A stretch of DNA of 63,535 bases, taken from contig PAOW01000029.1 in the NCBI GenBank assembly GCA_002710015.1, forward strand, positions 39,009 to 102,543. The letters are read 5' to 3'. Below the pieces are notes generated by a model. That model made no database searches and was not told where the DNA came from. It saw nothing but the letters and a program-made list of their open reading frames with translations. Source of the stretch: Methanobacteriota archaeon. GTDB taxonomy: Archaea > Thermoplasmatota > Poseidoniia > Poseidoniales > Poseidoniaceae. Both the position numbers and the translations under genes were made by a program. This document shows positions 1 to 10,121 of the stretch, one piece after another; within the stretch, counting starts at the first letter, position 1, and every line of letters begins with the position of its first letter.

Positions 1-1070
1 TGTCTTAGGTAGCTGTATGAAGAGCTGTAACAGTATCCGTAGTATATGTAACAGTATCCACCAGCGTTCCTTGTGACAGAGATGGATGGGTCAATTGCCA
101 ATGGGAACTGGCGGTCTTCATCCATCAACCAGTCAGTATCTACTGCTGTTGTCAAAAATACTGTGTTTCCAAATACCTGAACAAAGTAAGTTGCATGATA
201 TGGTTCTTCTGCGTCCATCTCGATTACAACTGGCACTGGGATTGTTGCTAGTAAGTCTCCTGTTTCGAGATTGCGGATTGCAAGCTCGTCTTGAGTTTGA
301 GTAATCTCTTCACGAATTACATCGTTACCCAGGAACAGACCGTATCCTGCTGGAAGGCGCATTTGCTCGGTTAGACCGAAGAATGCAACGCTTTCATCGA
401 GAACAGGGCGGTCTCTAACAACAAGGTTTTGCTTTAGTTCGACTTCACCGACTGTGTAGTCAAGGTCAAAGCCCTCTGCGATTGGGTATCGAATGACGTT
501 ACCACCAACAGAAACACCGTTTTGTGAAGGTGTTGTCATGTATGGCTGTGCCATCTTACCACTCTCATCGACCGTTGTAACTACTGGGTTTAATCCAGTA
601 ACGATCGGGTCCACGTTAGGGTGGACCATCACAGAGACACCGTTGGCGATTTCGGATGCAAAAGAAACTTCATAGATGCTTTCTTTAACTTCCCAACCGT
701 CCAAGGTTGCCTTGATGTTGAGGTCTATTTCTTCCCAAGATCCAGTGCTGCTCATGTAGTGCACTGGTTCTGCGGTAGTCAACAGAGCGGTCTTTCCATC
801 TTCAGTGAGGAAAGCCTTCTGGTTCATTGACCTCATACCCTCTAATTCAGAGGTTTCATCGTATTCATATTGTGCAGGCTCGTAGACATCTGGCAGAGCC
901 AAGAAATCATTGCTATCTTCGTTTGCAACTGCTTTCTCAGTTTCCACCTGAGGAGCTTCGTTCTGTACGAAATTGGTCATTGTCATTCCAACCATTAGCG
1001 CACAGAGCAATAGGGCAATTCCTACTCCTCCCATTATTGTCTTTTTCTTCGTGTTTTTGTTTCCCAACAT
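1..1070 (-). CDS. Large secreted/surface protein, 5' part only (runs off left edge); N-terminal WapA/DNRLRE-protein-type leader domain
   Basis: Not in the ORF track. Manual translation from ATG at 1070 is open to base 1: MLGNKNTKKKTIMGGVGIALLLCALMVGMTM (signal peptide) ...RSMNQKAFLTEDGKTALLTTAEPVHYMSSTGSWEEIDLNI ...WLMDEDRQFPLAIDPSI... GYCYIYYGYCY. AGGAG-like SD upstream. Confidence 0.85.
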   Translation of the reverse strand, partial: MLGNKNTKKKTIMGGVGIALLLCALMVGMTMTNFVQNEAPQVETEKAVANEDSNDFLALPDVYEPAQYEYDETSELEGMRSMNQKAFLTEDGKTALLTTAEPVHYMSSTGSWEEIDLNIKATLDGWEVKESIYEVSFASEIANGVSVMVHPNVDPIVTGLNPVVTTVDESGKMAQPYMTTPSQNGVSVGGNVIRYPIAEGFDLDYTVGEVELKQNLVVRDRPVLDESVAFFGLTEQMRLPAGYGLFLGNDVIREEITQTQDELAIRNLETGDLLATIPVPVVIEMDAEEPYHATYFVQVFGNTVFLTTAVDTDWLMDEDRQFPLAIDPSISVTRNAGGYCYIYYGYCYSSSYSYLR

Positions 1071-1133
1071 CACGTCATCATCTCCTTACGGACTGTATGC
1101 ACTTGCACTCAGGAACTGTATCCCTTATGAGCA

Positions 1134-1228
1134 TTGGGGTGCATGTCCTTTGAGATGTACCCCAAGAGAGAGAAAATTAAGGTTTGATTTTCTCATAGAT
1201 TATCACAAAATGTAGGAGATCTCTCCTA
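1134..1228. promoter_or_regulatory. Three inverted repeats upstream of the 1..1070 gene, one overlapping a TATA-like element
   Basis: TTGGGGTGCATGTC-CTTT-GAGATGTACCCCAA (1134-1165); GAGAAAATTAA-GGT-TTGATTTTCTC (1170-1194; minus strand reads AAAATCAAACCTTAATTTT); TAGGAGA-TC-TCTCCTA (1213-1228). Confidence 0.5.
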
Positions 1229-1544
1229 ATACTCGATACCTAAAAATGGTACAAAAAGTTACCGGCATTTTGGACTGTAAAACGCTCACTGCTTCACATT
1301 CACAACCAAATTTAATTTCGAACAACAACAATTTCCAAGAAAAATAAATTACATTTCTCAAAACTCCTGAAATCTAATCGAAGAAAAATGTATCTTAATT
1401 CTAAACAAACAAAGGATTAGAATTAGTGTAATAAGTAAAGTGATTAAATTTGCGCCGTTTTATGTCTGTAGAAATAATATGAAAATGATAAATTATTATG
1501 ATCAAATAAAGATAGATTTGAATCAAAATAATCCGTAATAAATC

Positions 1545-1591
1545 AAGAAAGAAAGGGGAGCCAAAGTGAGCGGCGAACCGCTCACTTTGGC
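1545..1591 (-). terminator. Perfect 14-bp hairpin with TTCG loop and pyrimidine/T tail, downstream of the 1637..4795 gene
   Basis: Minus strand GCCAAAGTGAGCGG-TTCG-CCGCTCACTTTGGC followed by TCCCCTTTCTTTCTT, about 45 nt after the stop codon. Confidence 0.8.
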
Positions 1592-1636
1592 AGCCTCGGT
1601 TTTCAAACCGTTTAGCTTAGTTGCTAATTCCTGAGA

Positions 1637-4600
1637 TCAGTAATCCCAGTCTTTGCCGTCGTCAGCATCTCCTCCACGAGAGAGGATGAAAGCTCCAACT
1701 ACAAACGCTACTACAACCAATCCGATGATTACGCCCCATGTCCAAGTTGGGACCTCTCCATCAGAGGAGTCGTCGGATGTTCCGACTGTTGTACACTCAT
1801 CTGGGTTGTCTGCCTTATATGTTGCATCTTCACAGGGGTCCGCAATTGCGCCTCCCACAAGTTGGATGTCAGTTCCTGGAGCAGACCAACCTTGGTTGCC
1901 CTTGTCATCGTAAGGTATTGCTGCGAAGTAATATGTGCCAGATGGCTGACCACTGTTGGATATGCTTACTGAACTTGCTGTTCCAGCATCTTCACATGTT
2001 GAAGGCATTGCATCTCCAGCCATCCAAGAGCCTCTCTGCCAGCAGACCTTCCAGCCTTCTACATCAGATGCGTCTCCAGATACTGTCCATGAAACCGTCC
2101 AAGAGTTTCCTGATGCTGCGTTAGCCACAGTCATTTGTGTAGCAGTTGCATCTCCATCAACTTGGCTGTCAGCAGTTGCTGAGGCCGTTGCGTTTCCATC
2201 TTGACAATCAGCGACATTGCAGACCTTCAAAGTGTAAGTGTATGTTACTCCATGCTCGGTTTGTGTTTGTCCATCAAGGGAATCTGCAACAGTGTTAATG
2301 TCAACGTTAGTGGTGGTGCAATCGCCATTAGAAGGACAAATCTCCATCTCTAGATAGTCTACACCTGGAACTGTTGTTCCTTCATAACCCCATGATGCAG
2401 TTATTGTTCCACCTGCGCTAGCAATTGCAACAAGGTCAACAACACGTGCATCAGGTTTCTCAATGATTTGAAGTTCTCCGCCCATCAACACAATTTCTCC
2501 TTGAGGCATAACTTGACCTAGCGAACTTAGATCAATATCAATTGAACCATCGGTTGCAGTTGTTGTTATTGTTGCATCAAGTTGTGCCCAGTTGCCATTG
2601 CTAATCCAGAATACGCTTGTTGGCGCTAATGTGGATGCATCATATGTCATGGACACCGTCTGTGAATAGACATCTTCAGGCATGTATGTTGTTGTTGGTG
2701 AATAATCAATTACTGCAACTGAGTTGTATTCTCCAGCATATCCGAAATCTGTTAAGTCCTGTGTGTAGGAAGCTGAGCTATCTTCCCATGTGTCTATACC
2801 AAATGAACTACCGTCGTATGTCAAATCATATGTCAATCCAATTCCGGAGTCTGTTTCAGCAGACACAACAATCTGATTCCAAACAAATATGTTAGTGAAG
2901 TCCTGAGCATATGATCCATACTCGTCAGATACTCTGACTGTGTAAGTGTTGACTCCAGCCCACTCTGAAGTCAGTGCGATTAGATTGCATGTAGAGAATT
3001 CAGGACCTACACCATTACAATCTGAAGGTATTAGGATAGTGCTGTTTAACTGAGTCTCCATAGCAGGGTGTGTCCACTCGTATGAGAGAGAAAGTCCTGC
3101 ATCATCATCTGCGTCGAATGCGTCTGCGACCAATGTGATTAGACCATCTGGTCCTGCAATGATTGAGTTAGCATCTTGCTCGACAGTCATGGATACACTA
3201 GGTCTGTTGTTTAGAGCAGAGATTCCATACATATCTGCATCGTTGTTCCTCGCAGACATGTCGCTTACTGTTCCTCCAACCATAGATACGGTTGCTGTGA
3301 TGTTGTAAACTCCTGGTGCGAATTCAAACCACATACATGCTTGTCCCATCTCAAATGCGGTTCCTTGAGCCATATCGTCACCTAGCAACTTGTGCTCGTA
3401 TATTTCGCCGAATCCGAATGTGCAGTTGTCTGCATCTTCAGTAACAGTAGCTCCCGTGACAGTGTTTTCGACTGTGAAGGTAACCTTCCAGTCATACAAC
3501 ACTTGAATGTCGCTTCCTCTGTGCATGACTGTTGCTTGGATGCTTGACCATGCAGGATTTAGAGGACCATCGTTGATTCCTGGCATGGATGGTTGTCCTG
3601 TTGGAAGACCATCCTCATCTAGAACATATCCTTGGTTTATGACAAGTCCTGTGATTCCAATGTCGTGGAAAGTCTGAACCTTTCCTTCAATCATATCTTC
3701 ACTAGTTGCTGCAACATCGTCTTGAGACTGCTCGACTTCACAGAAGTGGATGTAAGTGACTGATGTTCCATTCTCGCTGCTTCTATCGTCAACGGTTTCT
3801 TCACAGTCTGGCAACTGACCATATAAGGTGTAACTGATCAAGTTGACTTCTATACTGTAATCTCCGCTGCCTCCGCTAGTATCTGGAGAAACTGATCCGA
3901 AGAATTCATACTCATCTTCAAAATCAATTACAAACCTGCTAGCGTTGCTAACATTGTTTTCATCGGTTTGGTGTCGGAATACCTCAGACATTGTGCTTGT
4001 TCCTAAATCTGTAACAATAGTCTTTCCTAGAATGTCATCGCCTGTACTAGAGGTTGCACTGCTTAGTGTTCCTTGAATATCTAGCTCAAGAGTAACATTC
4101 CTAGCTGACCATTCGGATGAACCTCCTGTGGTAACTTTTAGTGTGAATGCCTTGTCCCCAGCTCCACCTTCAATTTCCTTTCCAGTGTCCCACGATAGGT
4201 CAACGATTATGTCGGTCCAATCTACAACTGAAACTGGAATTTCATTTTCGTCGTTACCGGGTTCTGTGTCGCCGATAGCATTTGCTTCGACAACGATTAG
4301 GTAATCGCCAGTTTCTGGAACCCAAGTTACCGGTGCGCCTTGGTAGGCCATGGTATACCTACCATAGTCCAGAAGCTCTGAACTAGCCAGCGAGGACCAT
4401 GGACATACGTTTGCGTCGTCACAAACTACGTCTCCGTTGACCCATGAAAGGTCATTGCCTGCAAGGTCTTTGGCTATGTTTCCTCTTGCACCATTTTCCG
4501 AGAGGTAAACAGTTAGAGTTACTCCCATTTCATCAATGGATGTGTCACCAACGTTTTCGATAAACATCTCAAAGTGGACGTCTTCTCCTGCTCTCAGTGT

Positions 4601-4795
4601 GTGTAACTTTTCTCCGGTTACGGTGTCTGTCGTTGTCGCTCTTGGCGACAGTATGTCTGTGACAGAGGCGTCGGGTCCTGCTCGACCATCTGCTTCTACC
4701 ATATTTCTATCTTCCAGTTCAGCCCAATCAAGTGCTGCTAGTGAAGTACTAGCCATCATGATTATCGCCAAAATTATTGGGGTCAGTTTGCTCAT
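1637..4795 (-). CDS. Large acidic cell-surface protein (signal peptide, CARDB/Ig-like and FN3-like domains, C-terminal TM anchor); candidate major envelope protein
   Basis: ORF 1637..4810; start moved to MSKLTPIIL (4795) because GGAGGAG lies at 4802-4808. Very D/E/T/S-rich; PGNDE and RNND CARDB-like ends; GVTYTYTLKVCN and GTYYFAAIPYD FN3-like motifs; TM WGVIIGLVVVAFVVGAFIL then DADDGKDWDY. Confidence 0.85.
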   Translation of the reverse strand: MSKLTPIILAIIMMASTSLAALDWAELEDRNMVEADGRAGPDASVTDILSPRATTTDTVTGEKLHTLRAGEDVHFEMFIENVGDTSIDEMGVTLTVYLSENGARGNIAKDLAGNDLSWVNGDVVCDDANVCPWSSLASSELLDYGRYTMAYQGAPVTWVPETGDYLIVVEANAIGDTEPGNDENEIPVSVVDWTDIIVDLSWDTGKEIEGGAGDKAFTLKVTTGGSSEWSARNVTLELDIQGTLSSATSSTGDDILGKTIVTDLGTSTMSEVFRHQTDENNVSNASRFVIDFEDEYEFFGSVSPDTSGGSGDYSIEVNLISYTLYGQLPDCEETVDDRSSENGTSVTYIHFCEVEQSQDDVAATSEDMIEGKVQTFHDIGITGLVINQGYVLDEDGLPTGQPSMPGINDGPLNPAWSSIQATVMHRGSDIQVLYDWKVTFTVENTVTGATVTEDADNCTFGFGEIYEHKLLGDDMAQGTAFEMGQACMWFEFAPGVYNITATVSMVGGTVSDMSARNNDADMYGISALNNRPSVSMTVEQDANSIIAGPDGLITLVADAFDADDDAGLSLSYEWTHPAMETQLNSTILIPSDCNGVGPEFSTCNLIALTSEWAGVNTYTVRVSDEYGSYAQDFTNIFVWNQIVVSAETDSGIGLTYDLTYDGSSFGIDTWEDSSASYTQDLTDFGYAGEYNSVAVIDYSPTTTYMPEDVYSQTVSMTYDASTLAPTSVFWISNGNWAQLDATITTTATDGSIDIDLSSLGQVMPQGEIVLMGGELQIIEKPDARVVDLVAIASAGGTITASWGYEGTTVPGVDYLEMEICPSNGDCTTTNVDINTVADSLDGQTQTEHGVTYTYTLKVCNVADCQDGNATASATADSQVDGDATATQMTVANAASGNSWTVSWTVSGDASDVEGWKVCWQRGSWMAGDAMPSTCEDAGTASSVSISNSGQPSGTYYFAAIPYDDKGNQGWSAPGTDIQLVGGAIADPCEDATYKADNPDECTTVGTSDDSSDGEVPTWTWGVIIGLVVVAFVVGAFILSRGGDADDGKDWDY

Positions 4796-4833
4796 TGTCA
4801 TCTCCTCCAAAAGGGTCGGTTGGTCTCCCCAAG

Positions 4834-4852
4834 CCCTATAGGGTATTTATCT
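4834..4852 (-). promoter_or_regulatory. TATA-like box with adjacent palindrome upstream of the surface protein gene
   Basis: Minus strand AGATAAATA followed by the palindrome CCCTATAGGG (4834-4843), about 40-55 nt before the start. Confidence 0.4.
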
Positions 4853-5024
4853 CTTGGCAACATTTACTCCCAAAAAAACGATTAAATAATGATAAAGATA
4901 GAGTTATTATTTAGCATGCAGTTACTCGTTTTGTAAAAAAAATATCAGATTTTTAGTCACTTTCGGGTAGCTCATGAACAAATCTCAAGATGTAAGTTTG
5001 AGATAACCTGTTCCAAACAACATA

Positions 5025-8000
5025 TCAGTCTACGACAGATATTGCTTCAGAGGGAGAAATACTGACTGCCCTTTTGACAGGGATTATTGTGGAAATCATA
5101 ACCAAAATCCATCCTCCAGTGATTATCAATATAATCTCCTGCCATGGAAGAATCAAGTCAACATTTTGTTCTTTCCAAAACGTGCTGTGTAGAGCAACAT
5201 GGAAACCAACTGCTACCAACGCACCATTGATGATTCCCATCAATGATGTCCAACTGACCTCAATAAGCATGCTGGACATCACCATTTTCTTTCTAAAACC
5301 TAAGGCCCTTAGCATTCCAATTTCATTCGAACGCTCGCTAACTGAACGGTATGTTACAACACCGATTCCTCCGATACCCACTATCAATCCTAGTGCTAAG
5401 TATGCTTGGAAAATAAGCAAAATTGCAAAAACTAAGCCTAAGATTAACAAAATATCATCCTTGATAATGGATGAGTTTACCCCTTGACTAGCTAAATCCT
5501 TGGTCAGGCTTTCTTCTAATTCACTAGACTCTAAATTTGAATCATGCGAAACATAGATTCTTGTAACGACTCCTCCATACTGATCGTTTACTATTTCACC
5601 GTCCATCCAAATACCTGCTGAGAACAACTGACTTGACTGCGAAAGGATTCCTCCAACCGTCACATTTCTGGCATTTCCCGGGTTTGAAATATCAATTAGC
5701 AAAATTGATTTTCCAATTGATAAACTCAACCCTGAAATGGATTCTCCAGTGTTAGGATCGACCAAGGCAAAAGAGCTATCGATAAACACAATATTTGGAT
5801 TAGATTTTACTGATTTCCATGCTTCAATTTGAGTCTGTCCAAGAGCCCTATCCCAGTCTTCTAATGGGATTGCTCCGTGTTCTACAAACCCAGTATCCAC
5901 ACCTCGTAATATGTATGGGATTCTATCCTCTCCTTCCTCGACCCAAACTACTGCCCTTGAGATTCTACCTATAGCATCTATATCCTCGATTGTAGAATTT
6001 GATAGATTCCATTCATTTACATCATCCGAAAGCTCAAGAGGTAATTGTCTTGACGAGGAAAGTAAAATCTCGAACTCTCCACTAGCATCTTCAACATATC
6101 CGCTTGAATGCTCTTCAAACTGAACGGAATAACCTGCTAGTACAATTACGCTGAACACTGTCAGAGAGAACATTCCCATGATAACCGCCGTTTTCAGAGG
6201 AGTTGATGATGGATAGGCAAGAGATATTCGCGTGACTGCGCCGAATTTCTTTGAAAAAGGTGAGCGTTCTACTAGCCATGATGCAATTCTTGGTGCCAGC
6301 CCAGTAAGAACCATGACTCCTGCAATAACTTGAATCATCCCTTGAACTGCAAATGTAACCTCGTCTGGTTTAACACCATTACTGACAGGAACCCAAGAAT
6401 CAGGAGTTAATGCCCACAAAATCAAACAAATACCAACCGATGAAATTGTATTACGACCAGTGTTACTTATTTTCATTTTTCTTAGATGAGGAATCACGTA
6501 AGTGAAAACTGGGATTATTCCAATTATTAGTAATGATACTGAAAGGTGCCACATAGCAAATCTAAGAGAGGAGTTTGATTCCAAAGTAAGTATGGTTAGG
6601 CCAGAGAGCAATCCACCACCGGTAAATGAAATCATTAACAATAACAACCACCATGGTATCCCTCGTTTCCTAGCAGGAGAAAGTCCACGAAGTGCTTCAA
6701 CAATGCTGAGTTTACTTGTCCAGAAAGCAGTCAAATATAGCGTAAACATTGCTATTAGGAAGCCTGCTGATGCCCCTATTAGCATACTCTCAAAGGAAAA
6801 TGAATAATCGATGCCATCCGCTCCTGCGCTTGAAAATACACTGCTAAATGCCATAGCTACAATCCAAGCGAGAAGTAGGCCAAAGAAACCTCCAATTACA
6901 GATGCGATTGAAGAATTAATCATTCCCTCCATAAGCGAAAGTGATCGCATATCCGACCGCTTCATACCGATAGCCCTGATAACCCCCTCATCCATTCTTC
7001 TTGAATTTGCAAGCATAATTATTATTGTTAAAACGAGTAACAAGCCTGCACCAATTGTGAATGCGCCAAACACAAGGAACATCGCAGACAAGACACCAGC
7101 ACCCTCTTCAGCAGCAATCAGCGCTTCCTCCTTGGCTGCAACTATTCGCAAATCCATAGATTCAACACCCGAATAATCATCTAACCAAGATTCGATTTCG
7201 GTATTGTTACCTTCTGTTATTACGAGAATACTTCTTTCTCCATCCTCGCTTGAAGCAAGTATTTCTCCGTCAGTGAGGTTTACAAAACCTATGATGATAG
7301 ATTCCAATTCATCAATTCCTGGTGCCTCAAGAGAAGTCATATTGCCATCAATTTTCAAGATATGAGGAGTGTTATCACCGTATGCCCATGGAACCAAACC
7401 GTTCAACAGCACATTATTCGATTGATTTAGGAGTGATAATCTGGAAGATATCAATAATTTGCCTTGTTCCGGAGAGAGTTGCCCGTCTGTTGCTAGCAAC
7501 ATTTGTGGCATGACCCCAAAGCCTCCAATGTCAACTGAAGAAGGTAATCTTGGAACAATATTCTGAGATGCGACAATCGTTCCAAATGATGTAGAACACA
7601 ATAATTCTTGATCCATTTCGAAAACTCTGTTATCACAGTCTGCAGGTATAACTGATTCAAAAGAAACGCTTCCATTGAATGAGTAAAGGCTTCCATTATT
7701 AGACACGTAGCCGCCTCTGAAAGCTAGCCAGTTTTCTGGGGATTTTACGCCAGACAATGTTTCCCATCCCGAATTTTGCGACCCCACCATTAATTCATTA
7801 TCGAAATGAAGCCACTCTCCTGTCAAATTCAATTTTTCCCATGAATTTTCAGAATACCGATGCACCTCTGACCCTGTCAGATGTTTTACTGCGATGTAAT
7901 CTATTTCGGAATCCCTTAGGTAATCAATAGAAAAAATAGTCTCTGGCAAATCAGGTAATTCTTGTGTGAAAAGTGCTGCTAATTGCTTTTCTTCTCCTTT

Positions 8001-9386
8001 GAGATGATGAATCACATCATCATCATCAGAATCGTTCGGTATTTCCACTAAACCATTGGTATATGCAACAAGAAGTGAATTTTCAAGAAGTGTTACGTCA
8101 TTGATTAATCCACCGTCCGGTGCTTCCCAACTATGAACTCCACCGTTTCTCTCCTTCTGGAACGAAACTCCTCCGCCAGACACATACCAGTCACCTTCGT
8201 CAGTTGCTAGAATCTCAGTGATTCTATCATCAGGCAGTGAAAGGATTTTTGCCTCCTGTTGGATTTGAATTAATGGTATCTGGAGAACTTCCATAACAGA
8301 ACCAGATTCAACAAGAGATGATTCATTTTCATGCCATGAATCCATAAACTTGGAGTCCAATCTTCCCAAGCCATTTGTATTTGAAATAGATATTGCATCC
8401 TCGCTTGTCGATATTTCAAATCCTGAGGATTCATAACCGATTAAATCGTCTAAAACAGAGGATATGTCATCAACCTGGCCAGTTGCATCTTCACTATCGG
8501 ATAGCGAGATTCTTAGCATATTCACCTTGTTTTCTTTCGATTGGTACAGTTGTGAAATCTCCAGCGAGGTGAACAGGGCTGGGGATTTGGAACCAGCCAT
8601 AGAACCCTTACCTTCCATTGGTATAACAGAAGTGATTGTCAAATTCTGATAAGAACGCTCTAGTTCTGCATCATCAGTATATGAGAACCAGGTCAACTCG
8701 ATAACATCTCCATTCTCAACCCCCAATTCATCAGAGACAACTTGGTTGATAGCAACACCTTCCCAACCAGAATAAGCAAACCAAGCGGCTGATGGTATAG
8801 CAAGTCCGACCTCATTAGATATTGTTGCAACACTATCTATTCCATGATTCCATTTATCTGCGATTCCAGATGAAGTTAGTTCTTGACCAAATGAGGAAGT
8901 AAGATTAGAATCCAAATCAAATGAGAATCCCGTTCTTCTGTCTTTTTGGAATATCTGGATATCTGTGTCTCCATATATCGCTTCAACCTCCTTGCTCAAA
9001 GTTGCGTCTAAACTGTCGCCGATTACTAGAGATGAGGTGATTATAGAGGATGCAATAAGGAGTCCTGCCATCATCAGCGCTGCTTGACGAGGTCTTCTGC
9101 GAATTTGCTGCCATGACAGTCTAAAGGTCACTTGCCTGCGGGGAGACAAGAAAGGCTGGAGAAGCATACATGAGATTATGCCGATCGAAATGACTGAGGC
9201 CCACTTACCAAAAAATCCAATTTCGAAAAAGTCGAGTAAATACCAAGTTAACCAAGCATCGACAACTGGCCCAAATAAAAGTACAAAACGGTAATATGAC
9301 TTTTCGAAATCATTACGCAGCACCCATGTTGATGTAATGCTGATGGGTAAAATCAGCAAAAATACAATCATGGTTTCAATTAGCAT
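5025..9386 (-). CDS. FtsX/MacB-like ABC transporter permease (two FtsX modules, very large extracellular domains)
   Basis: 1453 aa; RRPRQAALMMAGLLIASSIIT N-terminal TM; FtsX motifs RRMDEGVIRAIGMKRSD and ERSNEIGMLRALGFRK; C-terminal PVKRAVSISPSEAI. Confidence 0.9.
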   Translation of the reverse strand: MLIETMIVFLLILPISITSTWVLRNDFEKSYYRFVLLFGPVVDAWLTWYLLDFFEIGFFGKWASVISIGIISCMLLQPFLSPRRQVTFRLSWQQIRRRPRQAALMMAGLLIASSIITSSLVIGDSLDATLSKEVEAIYGDTDIQIFQKDRRTGFSFDLDSNLTSSFGQELTSSGIADKWNHGIDSVATISNEVGLAIPSAAWFAYSGWEGVAINQVVSDELGVENGDVIELTWFSYTDDAELERSYQNLTITSVIPMEGKGSMAGSKSPALFTSLEISQLYQSKENKVNMLRISLSDSEDATGQVDDISSVLDDLIGYESSGFEISTSEDAISISNTNGLGRLDSKFMDSWHENESSLVESGSVMEVLQIPLIQIQQEAKILSLPDDRITEILATDEGDWYVSGGGVSFQKERNGGVHSWEAPDGGLINDVTLLENSLLVAYTNGLVEIPNDSDDDDVIHHLKGEEKQLAALFTQELPDLPETIFSIDYLRDSEIDYIAVKHLTGSEVHRYSENSWEKLNLTGEWLHFDNELMVGSQNSGWETLSGVKSPENWLAFRGGYVSNNGSLYSFNGSVSFESVIPADCDNRVFEMDQELLCSTSFGTIVASQNIVPRLPSSVDIGGFGVMPQMLLATDGQLSPEQGKLLISSRLSLLNQSNNVLLNGLVPWAYGDNTPHILKIDGNMTSLEAPGIDELESIIIGFVNLTDGEILASSEDGERSILVITEGNNTEIESWLDDYSGVESMDLRIVAAKEEALIAAEEGAGVLSAMFLVFGAFTIGAGLLLVLTIIIMLANSRRMDEGVIRAIGMKRSDMRSLSLMEGMINSSIASVIGGFFGLLLAWIVAMAFSSVFSSAGADGIDYSFSFESMLIGASAGFLIAMFTLYLTAFWTSKLSIVEALRGLSPARKRGIPWWLLLLMISFTGGGLLSGLTILTLESNSSLRFAMWHLSVSLLIIGIIPVFTYVIPHLRKMKISNTGRNTISSVGICLILWALTPDSWVPVSNGVKPDEVTFAVQGMIQVIAGVMVLTGLAPRIASWLVERSPFSKKFGAVTRISLAYPSSTPLKTAVIMGMFSLTVFSVIVLAGYSVQFEEHSSGYVEDASGEFEILLSSSRQLPLELSDDVNEWNLSNSTIEDIDAIGRISRAVVWVEEGEDRIPYILRGVDTGFVEHGAIPLEDWDRALGQTQIEAWKSVKSNPNIVFIDSSFALVDPNTGESISGLSLSIGKSILLIDISNPGNARNVTVGGILSQSSQLFSAGIWMDGEIVNDQYGGVVTRIYVSHDSNLESSELEESLTKDLASQGVNSSIIKDDILLILGLVFAILLIFQAYLALGLIVGIGGIGVVTYRSVSERSNEIGMLRALGFRKKMVMSSMLIEVSWTSLMGIINGALVAVGFHVALHSTFWKEQNVDLILPWQEIILIITGGWILVMISTIIPVKRAVSISPSEAISVVD

Positions 9387-9388
9387 AA

Positions 9389-10072
9389 CTATTCCTCTTC
9401 GTTAACTACACTACCATCTTTAATCCTTACAATTCTAGTACACATGCTAGCTATATCGTCATCATGCGTTACAATAACAATTGTAGAACCCGATTGATTT
9501 AACTCTAATAGTAACTCCATGACATTCTTACTCGTTAGAGAATCGAGGTTTCCAGTTGGCTCATCGCACAATATAACGGATGGGTCATGGACTATTGCTC
9601 TAGCAATCGACACCCTTTGCTGTTGCCCACCAGAGAGTTCAGAGGGTCGATGATTTACTCTCTCACTTAGGCCAACCTTAGTGAGAGCTTTCGTTGCCTT
9701 TTTCCTTGCGTCTGAAGGATTGGTTCCTGCGAGTAACAATGGAATCTCAACGTTTTCTACTGCATTCATTACGTCTAGAAGATGGAATTTTTGAAAAATG
9801 AATCCCATTTCCTTTCCTCTGATGTCACTTCTTTCATCATCACTAATTCCAAAGAGGGGTTTTCCTGCAACGTTTACTTGGCCGGCCGAAGGGTCGTCTA
9901 TTCCAGACAAAATGTTTAGCAAAGTCGTCTTACCACATCCAGAGGGACCCATTACTGCAACCATTTCACCCTGATTGATTGAAAGAGAAACGCCTTTTAT
10001 GGCTTGGATTTTCTCGTCCCCCATCTCATATATTTTCCAAAGCCCTTCACATGATAGTGCGACTGCCATCAA
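9389..10072 (-). CDS. ABC transporter ATP-binding protein (LolD/MacB type)
   Basis: Walker [10 protein letters not shown], signature LSGGQQQR, Walker [13 protein letters not shown]-loop VTHD. Confidence 0.95.
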   Translation of the reverse strand: MMAVALSCEGLWKIYEMGDEKIQAIKGVSLSINQGEMVAVMGPSGCGKTTLLNILSGIDDPSAGQVNVAGKPLFGISDDERSDIRGKEMGFIFQKFHLLDVMNAVENVEIPLLLAGTNPSDARKKATKALTKVGLSERVNHRPSELSGGQQQRVSIARAIVHDPSVILCDEPTGNLDSLTSKNVMELLLELNQSGSTIVIVTHDDDIASMCTRIVRIKDGSVVNEEE

Positions 10073-10121
10073 TCACTACACAGCGGAACGGGTTGATAAG
10101 TTGGTGCCAAGTCGCCTAATT

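Noticed and set aside
26..59. 13-bp direct repeat TGTAACAGTATCC with 21-nt period
   Set aside because: Only two copies, in frame, encoding GYCY twice in the minus-strand CDS; not a CRISPR or att site
86..1215. Five short plus-strand ORFs
   Set aside because: Antisense shadows of the real minus-strand CDS 1..1070
9975..10121. N-terminal extension of the SAMP/MoaD ORF
   Set aside because: Overlaps the divergent ABC ATPase start; the beta-grasp fold begins at ATG 10122
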